DNA of 32,000 bases from an uncultured Planctomycetia bacterium (GTDB taxonomy: Bacteria; Omnitrophota; Gorgyraeia; Duberdicusellales; 4484-171). The stretch covers positions 30,001 through 62,000 of the forward strand of contig CAZHYN010000006.1 of assembly GCA_964536865.1 (NCBI GenBank), in the 5' to 3' direction. Below are positions 8,588 to 14,860 of this stretch, piece by piece. Within the stretch, counting starts at the first letter, position 1. Every line of letters starts with the position of its first letter. The notes below the pieces were generated by a model that did not search any database, was not told where the DNA came from, and was given only the letters and a program-made list of their open reading frames with translations. A program made the position numbers and the translations under genes.

Positions 8588-10570
8588 ATGGCGAAAAATA
8601 CACAAAGGATGCTCAGGATTATAATGGATAATATAGCGATAGGTGTTTCTTTGATAAATCCCAAGATGCAGATAATCTGGGTGAATAAGACCCTTAAGAA
8701 ATCGTTTTCTAATATTGATGTGAGAAAAAAACCTTTTTGTTATCGTTCTTTCTACTATCCTCCCAAGAAAGAAATGTGTGAGTATTGTCCTACTGCGAAA
8801 GCATTTTCTACGGGAAGGATGCACTCCTCGGAGACAGGCCTGTGTAGGGACAAGAGGATATATAGGATAACAGCTGTTCCTATAAAGAGCAGAAATGGGA
8901 AGGTTGATTACGTAGTTGAGACGATGGAGGATATTACTCAGATAAAGAGAAAAGACGTGGCTATCATAGAGGAACAGCTGAAATATCGTACCCTAGTAGA
9001 ACAATCTTTGCAAGGAATCGTGGTTGCTCGTGGTTTATCTCCCCGAATAATTTTTGCTAACTCTACTATGGAGAAGATTCTTGGTTATACTCCCCAAGAG
9101 CTACTCTCTTTTTCTCCTGAGAAGGTTAGAAAGTTAGTCCATCCTAAAGATAGAAAAGTCTTTTTTGATAAAATCAGGAAGCAACTTCGAGGAAAGGTCT
9201 ATCGGTCACAATATAAGATGCGAGGAGTTAAGAAAAATGGAGAAATTGTTTGGGTTGATGTTTCTTTAGCTAGAATTATTTATCAAGGTAAACCTGCAGT
9301 TCAAGTAACTTTTATAGATATAACTGAGAAGAAAAAAATCCAAGAACAACTTCAACGACTCAATAGAGAACTCCTGAAGTCAAATAAGCGTTTAAATCAA
9401 TTGGTTTTAAAAGATTCTCTTACTGGGGTTTATAACTACCGCTATCTTGAGGAAGTAATTGAAAGAGAGTTTTATCGTGCTAAAAGATATGGGCATCCAT
9501 TTTCTGTAATAATGTTAGATATAGATTACTTTAAATCTATAAATGAGATTTATGGGCAGAAATTCGGAGATTTAATATTAAAGCAGGTTGCAGAACATCT
9601 AAGGAAACTCGTACGTCGCTACGATATTGTTGTCCGATTTGCAGGGGAGGGATTTGTTATTGTATCTTCAGGTACAGATAGAACTACAGCAATGAATTTG
9701 GCTTGGAGGATTCTAGATAGTTTTCGTATTTCTAATTTCGGTACCAAAGATAATTCTATAAAACTAAAGTTAAGTATAGGAGTTGTTTCTTATCCTGAGA
9801 ATTCAGTAGTGAAAGGTTTTGATTTAATTAATTTTGCTGAGAAAGTTTTAAGTAAAGCTAAGGAGGATGGAGGCGATAGAGTATATTCATCTGAAGATTT
9901 AGAAGAGAAAGGAGAAGAGATTTCTGGAGAAGAGGCAGAAGGAAAAGAGGTAAAGGATGTTGAGATTCTAAAGGAGAAAATAAAGAAACTTACTAAGGAG
10001 GCTAATCAGAGTCTGATAGAGGCAGTTTTTGCCTTTGCTCGCACGATTAAATTAAAGGATAGTTATACAGGAGAACATGTAGAAAGTACGGTTTACTACG
10101 CTACCGAGATTGCTCGTAAGTTAGGTTTATCATCTCGAGAAGTAGAACTTATAAGGCAGGCAGCAATTTTGCATGATTTAGGGAAAGTAGGTATAAGTGA
10201 AAGGCTCCTTCTTAAGAATGCTAAGTTTACTAAACGAGAGTTGAAGCAAATTAGAAAACATCCTCAGATTGCTATAGATATTATAAGGCCAATCCATTCT
10301 TTACATGATATCATTCCTTTTATTCTTTATCATCACGAGAGATGGGATGGAAAAGGTTACCCTAGTGGTTTAAAAGGGGAAGAGATTCCTCTGGGAGCAA
10401 GAGTTATTGCTGTTGCCGATGTATATCAAGCTTTGATTTCTAATCGTCCCTATCGAAAAGCTTATCCTAAAAAGAAAGCTATTCAGATAATTAAAAAAGG
10501 AAGAGGCACACAATTTGATCCTCAGGTAGTAGATGCGTTTTTAGAGATTCTTCATAAAGAGGAAAGGTAA
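8588..10570 (+). CDS. Signalling protein: Cys-rich PAS + PAS + degenerate GGDEF (AGEGF) + HD-GYP phosphodiesterase
   Basis: 660 aa. Cys51/64/67/86 lie in the first PAS-like region. The second PAS spans ~aa 130-250. The GGDEF fold spans aa ~280-430, with RRYD (343-346) five residues before AGEGF (352-356). The HD-GYP domain has HD (529-530), HHERWDG and GYP (590-592). Confidence 0.85.
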   Translation: MAKNTQRMLRIIMDNIAIGVSLINPKMQIIWVNKTLKKSFSNIDVRKKPFCYRSFYYPPKKEMCEYCPTAKAFSTGRMHSSETGLCRDKRIYRITAVPIKSRNGKVDYVVETMEDITQIKRKDVAIIEEQLKYRTLVEQSLQGIVVARGLSPRIIFANSTMEKILGYTPQELLSFSPEKVRKLVHPKDRKVFFDKIRKQLRGKVYRSQYKMRGVKKNGEIVWVDVSLARIIYQGKPAVQVTFIDITEKKKIQEQLQRLNRELLKSNKRLNQLVLKDSLTGVYNYRYLEEVIEREFYRAKRYGHPFSVIMLDIDYFKSINEIYGQKFGDLILKQVAEHLRKLVRRYDIVVRFAGEGFVIVSSGTDRTTAMNLAWRILDSFRISNFGTKDNSIKLKLSIGVVSYPENSVVKGFDLINFAEKVLSKAKEDGGDRVYSSEDLEEKGEEISGEEAEGKEVKDVEILKEKIKKLTKEANQSLIEAVFAFARTIKLKDSYTGEHVESTVYYATEIARKLGLSSREVELIRQAAILHDLGKVGISERLLLKNAKFTKRELKQIRKHPQIAIDIIRPIHSLHDIIPFILYHHERWDGKGYPSGLKGEEIPLGARVIAVADVYQALISNRPYRKAYPKKKAIQIIKKGRGTQFDPQVVDAFLEILHKEER

Positions 10571-10660
10571 AATACTAAATTAAATTTAACCACTTCTTGT
10601 GGGAGTCCTCGCAAGCCATTTTATAAAGAGAGTAGAAATATTTTTGGATAATCAAGAGGA

Positions 10661-10686
10661 GCTTATAGTGTATAAGTTTTTCTTTT
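10661..10686 (+). terminator. Candidate intrinsic terminator after the PAS-GGDEF-HD-GYP gene
   Basis: CTTATA-GTG-TATAAG hairpin (10662-10676) followed by TTTTTCTTTT. The stem is AT-rich, so it is weak. Confidence 0.4.
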
Positions 10687-10813
10687 AATGAGGAGATTGT
10701 AAAAAATTACAGGAGGCTTTTTAGAAAAAGAGTTTATCCTTTGGAAATTGTCTTCTCAAGAACATCCTGTCAGCTCTAAATAATTATGCACCTTTTATTA
10801 AATTACAAAATTC

Positions 10814-10841
10814 TTGCCTAAATATTTTTCTATGTTATAAT
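10814..10841 (+). promoter_or_regulatory. Putative sigma70 promoter (TTGCCT-N16-TATAAT) driving the tRNA-Phe array
   Basis: The hexamers were read directly. The -10 ends 19 nt before the first tRNA-derived segment (10860). Confidence 0.5.
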
Positions 10842-10859
10842 TTTCTAACAATTTAGTAA

Positions 10860-10895
10860 GTGCCGAGGTAGCTCAGGAGGTAGAGCGAGGGACTG
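10860..10895 (+). repeat. Orphan exact copy of the tRNA-Phe 5' half (2 nt of leader + positions 1-34, ending at anticodon G34)
   Basis: A 36-nt perfect direct repeat of 10995-11030 (GTGCCGAGGTAGCTCAGGAGGTAGAGCGAGGGACTG). The sequences diverge immediately after G34. Confidence 0.95.
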
Positions 10896-10896
10896 T

Positions 10897-10944
10897 ATGT
10901 GATCTCCGACGTTAGTCGGAGTTGCCCGAAGGGCAAAATCACAT
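10897..10944 (+). other. Perfect 48-nt three-way junction fused to the orphan tRNA 5' half
   Basis: The 7-bp closing stem ATGTGAT/ATCACAT (10897-10903 / 10938-10944) encloses the hairpins CTCCGAC-GTTA-GTCGGAG and TTGCCC-GAA-GGGCAA. The junction linkers are 0-1 nt. Confidence 0.6.
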
Positions 10945-10996
10945 CCAGTTATTACTTTTGCTTAATCGAAAAACTTTTGATTAAAAATAAAACTGT

Positions 10997-11069
10997 GCCG
11001 AGGTAGCTCAGGAGGTAGAGCGAGGGACTGAAAATCCCTGCGTCGGGGGTTCGACTCCCTCCCTCGGCA
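10997..11069 (+). tRNA. tRNA-Phe (anticodon GAA), CCA not encoded
   Basis: Manual cloverleaf: GCCGAGG/TA/GCTC-AGGAGGTA-GAGC/G/AGGGA-CTGAAAA-TCCCT/GCGTC/GGGGG-TTCGACT-CCCTC/CCTCGGC/A. Confidence 0.92.
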
Positions 11070-11137
11070 CTTTTATCTCTAATTTATAAGTTTATTCTCC
11101 TCTCTGTGCGTCTTTAAGTGTTCCTAGGCAATGTCGG

Positions 11138-11196
11138 ATCCAACATATAAATACTTTGGTTTCACCAAAGGTTGGATACGACTCCCTCCCTCGGCA
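11138..11196 (+). repeat. tRNA-tail unit A: nested stem-loop + exact copy of tRNA-Phe positions 56-73
   Basis: The outer stem is ATCCAAC/GTTGGAT. It is followed by a 9-nt A-rich bulge, the hairpin CTTTGGT-TTC-ACCAAAG, an A, and then CGACTCCCTCCCTCGGCA (11179-11196), which equals 11052-11069 at an offset of +127. Confidence 0.85.
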
Positions 11197-11266
11197 TAGT
11201 TTATCCTCACATTCATTAACTTCTTTTTTAAGCTGGAAGTTAGCTCTGAGACGAAAGTATCGTCGG

Positions 11267-11326
11267 AACAAATAAGGGAAAATCGCCTTTGGCGAATTTG
11301 TTACGACTCCCTCCCTCGGCACTTTT
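11267..11326 (+). repeat. tRNA-tail unit B: nested stem-loop + exact copy of tRNA-Phe positions 56-73 plus 5 nt of 3' flank
   Basis: The outer stem is AACAAAT/ATTTGTT. It is followed by the 9-nt bulge AAGGGAAAA, the hairpin TCGCC-TTT-GGCGA, an A, and then CGACTCCCTCCCTCGGCACTTTT (11304-11326), at +125 from unit A. Confidence 0.85.
11274..11295 (-). terminator. Possible intrinsic terminator for the convergent dgkA operon (the same hairpin as in unit B, read on the minus strand)
   Basis: The minus strand reads TCGCC-AAA-GGCGA followed by TTTTCCCTT. The stem is short (5 bp). Confidence 0.3.
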
Positions 11327-11398
11327 TGTTTTTAAAGTCAGAATTGGAGATATTTTATTTCTGAAGTTACTTCCTACTTTATTATCTTATTAGTGTTC

Positions 11399-11782
11399 CT
11401 ATTTTGATAGAAAAGATATGATTTTAGGGAAAAAGAGGATTAAGCCAATAATTATTGCTCCTAAAGAGGAGAGGAGAACTGCTGCGGATGATATATCTTT
11501 AAGGAGCTTTATTTTAGGATCATTTTGAGGCTGGATCATATTAAGAATATACTCCACAAGAGTATTAAAAACTTCACATACGAAAACACCAACAGTAACA
11601 ATTATCAATATAACAAGTTCATCTGGAGAGAGTTTAAAAATGATACCGAACACAATTACTATCAAGCCAATGAGGAATATAAGACGCGCATTTCTTTCCG
11701 TTGCAAGTACAACTTTTAATCCTTTTAAAGCTCCCAAAAGACTTTCTCTTATGTTTCTATGTTTCCAAATTTTATTAGCCAT
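11399..11782 (-). CDS. dgkA: Diacylglycerol/undecaprenol kinase (prokaryotic DgkA family)
   Basis: 127 aa and three TM segments, with the ERNARL motif and E..NT..E......DP.....KD.SSAAVL motif characteristic of DgkA. Confidence 0.8.
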   Translation of the reverse strand: MANKIWKHRNIRESLLGALKGLKVVLATERNARLIFLIGLIVIVFGIIFKLSPDELVILIIVTVGVFVCEVFNTLVEYILNMIQPQNDPKIKLLKDISSAAVLLSSLGAIIIGLILFFPKIISFLSK

Positions 11783-11811
11783 TAATTTTCTTTGCTATTC
11801 TTTATGCAATA

Positions 11812-14800
11812 TCAAAATGGTAAACCAAATCCTCCATGGAGACGTGAGCGAGTAGTATCTTTATCTGCTCCTATCTTAAATCCATAGTCTAATTTTACAA
11901 ATCCCCATTTTGTTCTAAATCGCAATCCTATCCCACCTCCGCTTTTAAATTTATTCAAAGAAAAATCATTCGCTTCCTCTATTAGAAATCCTGTATCCAA
12001 AAATGCAGCTCCATAGAGTAGATTCTTATACAAAGGAAATCTAAATTCTATATTGATTACACCAAAAAAATTCCCTCCTAACGGAAGAAGATTGTTATCT
12101 AGCATTCCTACTTTTCTTCCTTTGTACCCTCTTATAGTAGAAGAACCTCCTATATAAAACTTTTCAAAAAAAGGAACTTCATTAGTTCCCCCAAAAGCAT
12201 CTAAATATCCCCATTTAGTTCTGAGTACAAACACTCTATCTTTTTTAAGATTATAATAACGGCGGTAATCTAATTGAATTCTATAGAAATCAAAATCTGA
12301 ACCAATAATTTGAGAAGAGATGTCTTGTTGAATTTTAAAGTAGGTTCCACTGGTAGGATAAATTTTATCATTAGTAGTTTTTCTTAGAAATTTTATGAAT
12401 AAGAAATCTACTTTAGGTTTTCCATAATAACTTTTAATTTTGACAGGTGCAGAAGGGTCTAAATCATAAATACTATACTTATAGGAGGAAAATCCTAAAT
12501 AGATTTTACTATTTTGTGTAAAATATGTTCCCAGATAGAGATCGTACATAAGTTTCCCTTTCAAATTATATCTTGAATCTGATTCCCATCGTCCCTTAAA
12601 TGAGAGGCCACCAAAGAATATACTGTTCAATATTTCATCCTTTTCAAAGCCTAATTTTAACTTCTTTTCATAAGAGGAGTATTTACCTCCAAAAATACCC
12701 TTAAAGTTCTTATGTTCATACTTTAGGTGTGCTTTTTCTCCAGTAGGTGCGGATATTTTTAGTTCTCCTATTCTTTGGATTTTCTTTTCCTCTTTTAAAG
12801 TAAGATTAAGAAATTCTAAAATTTTATTTTCGACGTATCCAAAAGATAAGTAAGAACTGAAGTGCCCCTCCGGAAGCCAAATAATGCGGGGATATTCCAG
12901 AGAACGCCATAGACTCACGCTACACTCAGAGGGCATGTCCTTGTCAAATAGAGCATTTATCATAAGGATAGTTTTGTTTTTGGCTTTAAAAGAAAAATTT
13001 AAAGGATCGATAATATTTACCTCTTCTAGGATTTTCTGTATCTGTTTTTCTTTAAGTTTTAATCTATATTTTTTAAGTAATCTACTCTTTAGTATAAACT
13101 TTTCGAAATCTGCACCCCCAAGGAGAAATACACCTCTGTTTATCGTTGCATCTTTGCCTAGAAGAGTTCCTGCAATGATAGCTCCTAGACTTAATCCTCC
13201 CAGAGCTATCCTATCATTATTTATAAAAGATTGTCTCTTCAGCCACTCTAAGGTATTTCCCCCTTCAATAGTTAGTTCTTTTATTAGATCTGTATAAATT
13301 TTTACTCTTTTTTGAAGGGATATATTCCTTAGTCTATCTTTATGTTGATGGTAAAATTTTTTTGCACCTAGTTCTAAAGTTACAAAAGCAAAATTATTCT
13401 TCGTTAAGAATTTTCCTAAATTTTCTTCAATGAATTTACTTACCCCTCCAGAGTGAGGGAGGAAAAATAAACAAGGATATTTTCCCTTCTTATTAGAAAG
13501 GAAGAGATAGATAAAAATATATTTGTTAGGTAATTTTAAATCTAATTTGCTTTCATAAACAAAAGTTAATTTTCTATAGTATTTTTTATTTTCTTCTTTT
13601 TCTAAAATAGGAAATATTTCTCTTTCATTTTCTTTCAAAAATCGATAAGGATTTTTAGTAGTTTTTGGAGGCAATTTTTTGCCAAATTCTTTTTCTAGGG
13701 AAAAATCAATTTCTTTTTCAGAGAGGAGGAAATACAGTCTTAGTTCATCAGGAACGAACAAGACACTTTGTAAAGTTCCCCCTCCTTTCCCTATAGGTGG
13801 TGTTCTTAATAAATTAAATGTACTTTTTAAATCAAACTTTTTATTGCCTCTCGCAGTTTTCTTGAACTGAACCAATCGCTTATACGAACTAGTTTCTTCT
13901 AATTTTGTCTTTGGATACACCGCTTTCATAGTTTGGAATAGTCTTTCTGTGAGATAGTGATTTACAGCAATAAGATACTTATCTTTTGGAAAAATAATCT
14001 CGTACATTCTTGCTGAGACTTCTGCGACAAATGCACTGTTCGTTTTCCCATCAGTTATAGTTATGGTATATCCCCTCATTCTTTTTGATTTAGATATTTC
14101 TCTTAGAGCTTTCCATAGATCAGGAGAATATTGGATAATTTTCCTTAAAAGGAACATAATCGGGATTCCAGTTTTTGATAAATCTTCAGTTCCCACTCCA
14201 GTTTCTCCTAAAGATATTCTATTTGCATTCATACCAGTTAACACTCCACACATTCCTGGCCAGCCAATGTGCACAAAAGGAAAGCCATTGTCGGGTTCTA
14301 CGAAAAAGATTACCCTATTTTTAAATAGATTTTTTCGTGGAGCAAAACCTAGATTTCTTCCATGAAAAAGTTTGTTACTTTGAGTTAATTCAGGCAAAAG
14401 TACGAAATTAGTACATGTTTTTTTAATTTTTCTTAAGAGAGGCATAACATCTAGAAAGGTATGCATCAGAAGAATTTTTTGATAAGATAGACCGCTTCCT
14501 TTAGCCACTCCTCTCATTTCTTCCCTAAATTCAGAAGGGATATATTTTTCTAATTGTCTCGATTTAAGTTTAAAGTACTGCAAGATAATCCACCGTTTTA
14601 ATTTTGAATGAGAAGAACTTTGGAGAAGCTCTTTTAAGAAGTAATTATTATAAAGTTGACGAATTTGGTTTCTTAAAAGATATCCGTGCTGAAATCCTCT
14701 TATAAATGGAGAACCTTTAAGATGAACTACAAGAATTCCATTTGTATTTTTTAAAGACGCTCCTTTTAGATAGTTTACTTTAGGTGAAGTGGAAGAAGGA

Positions 14801-14850
14801 AGGATAAAGAAAATAGTAATAGTAAAAATCGAAACAATAAATTTCTTCAC
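11812..14850 (-). CDS. Exported multidomain protein: signal peptide + C45-family Ntn hydrolase/acyltransferase + alpha/beta-hydrolase + C-terminal Omp85 (surface antigen D15) beta-barrel
   Basis: 1012 aa, GTG start. The signal peptide is KKFIVSIFTITIFFILPSS. The C45 signature is GSPFIRGFQHG ... KTC(146)TNF ... HGRNLGF ... WPGMCGVLTGMNANRISLGE. The hydrolase has the elbow GGLS(554)LGA plus FDKD and PEGH. From aa ~695 there are alternating aromatic beta-strands, ending ...GGIGLRFRT..VKLDYGF...GGFGLPF. Confidence 0.75.
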   Translation of the reverse strand: MKKFIVSIFTITIFFILPSSTSPKVNYLKGASLKNTNGILVVHLKGSPFIRGFQHGYLLRNQIRQLYNNYFLKELLQSSSHSKLKRWIILQYFKLKSRQLEKYIPSEFREEMRGVAKGSGLSYQKILLMHTFLDVMPLLRKIKKTCTNFVLLPELTQSNKLFHGRNLGFAPRKNLFKNRVIFFVEPDNGFPFVHIGWPGMCGVLTGMNANRISLGETGVGTEDLSKTGIPIMFLLRKIIQYSPDLWKALREISKSKRMRGYTITITDGKTNSAFVAEVSARMYEIIFPKDKYLIAVNHYLTERLFQTMKAVYPKTKLEETSSYKRLVQFKKTARGNKKFDLKSTFNLLRTPPIGKGGGTLQSVLFVPDELRLYFLLSEKEIDFSLEKEFGKKLPPKTTKNPYRFLKENEREIFPILEKEENKKYYRKLTFVYESKLDLKLPNKYIFIYLFLSNKKGKYPCLFFLPHSGGVSKFIEENLGKFLTKNNFAFVTLELGAKKFYHQHKDRLRNISLQKRVKIYTDLIKELTIEGGNTLEWLKRQSFINNDRIALGGLSLGAIIAGTLLGKDATINRGVFLLGGADFEKFILKSRLLKKYRLKLKEKQIQKILEEVNIIDPLNFSFKAKNKTILMINALFDKDMPSECSVSLWRSLEYPRIIWLPEGHFSSYLSFGYVENKILEFLNLTLKEEKKIQRIGELKISAPTGEKAHLKYEHKNFKGIFGGKYSSYEKKLKLGFEKDEILNSIFFGGLSFKGRWESDSRYNLKGKLMYDLYLGTYFTQNSKIYLGFSSYKYSIYDLDPSAPVKIKSYYGKPKVDFLFIKFLRKTTNDKIYPTSGTYFKIQQDISSQIIGSDFDFYRIQLDYRRYYNLKKDRVFVLRTKWGYLDAFGGTNEVPFFEKFYIGGSSTIRGYKGRKVGMLDNNLLPLGGNFFGVINIEFRFPLYKNLLYGAAFLDTGFLIEEANDFSLNKFKSGGGIGLRFRTKWGFVKLDYGFKIGADKDTTRSRLHGGFGLPF

Positions 14851-14860
14851 AAAATCTATT

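Noticed and set aside
3398-8824. Minus-strand ORFs 3398-3595, 4744-4929, 6455-6643, 6779-6961, 7549-7929 and 8582-8824.
   Set aside because: Each is embedded antisense in a recognisable plus-strand gene (ftsA, hldA, kdsA/kdsD, kdsD, kdsC, PAS-GGDEF). None has recognisable motifs.
10687-10813. Small ORFs or an sRNA in the 290-nt gap before tRNA-Phe, where several AGGAG-like strings occur.
   Set aside because: Only 4-11-codon reading frames follow the SD-like strings. I found no convincing hairpins or terminators beyond the one already listed.
10897-10944. A hammerhead or other small self-cleaving ribozyme, given the three-way junction.
   Set aside because: The junction has 0-1 unpaired nucleotides. 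It lacks the conserved CUGAnGA / GAAA core of hammerheads, and I recognised no other ribozyme core.
10896-10996. A group I or other intron interrupting tRNA-Phe at the anticodon.
   Set aside because: The segment after the orphan 5' half is only ~100 nt. It lacks any recognisable group I core. It is followed by a complete, uninterrupted tRNA-Phe rather than by a 3' exon alone.
11138-11177. An integron attC site: the outer stem ATCCAAC...GTTGGAT fits RYYYAAC/GTTRRRY.
   Set aside because: Only unit A fits the consensus. Units B and C (AACAAAT/ATTTGTT and ATGCAAT/ATTGCAT) do not. There is no intI, no cassette ORFs and no array context, so the match is likely a chance fit to a degenerate 7-mer.
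11092-11322. A 76-aa minus-strand ORF (MPREGVVTNSPK...) in the tRNA-Phe array.
   Set aside because: It starts at GTG inside the reverse complement of tRNA-tail copy B and reads through copy A. The peptide PREG/GRES is just the antisense of the repeated tRNA tail. It has no RBS and lies wholly within non-coding repeat units, so it is spurious.
10860-11326. A CRISPR-like array, given regularly spaced identical short repeats.
   Set aside because: The repeats are tRNA-derived (18-36 nt). The spacers are ~100-110 nt, far longer than CRISPR spacers. Only 2-3 copies are present, the 5' and 3' repeats differ, and there are no cas genes in the window.
10860-11326. A conventional integrated genomic island or prophage bounded by attL/attR in tRNA-Phe (likewise at tRNA-fMet, 29733-30050).
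   Set aside because: The segments between the direct repeats are ~100-110 nt with no coding capacity. No integrase, excisionase or phage genes occur anywhere in the 32 kb. Decayed att scars remain an alternative explanation and are discussed in the findings.
11525-11855. Plus-strand ORFs 11525-11719 and 11640-11855, opposite dgkA.
   Set aside because: They are antisense to a clear DgkA-family gene. Their translations are Asn/Lys/Ile-rich noise.
12884-14365. Plus-strand ORFs 12884-13297, 13679-13870 and 14063-14365, nested antisense to the 1012-aa gene.
   Set aside because: They lie entirely inside a well-supported long minus-strand CDS. Their peptides are low-complexity, as is typical of antisense frames in AT-rich DNA, and they have no RBS.
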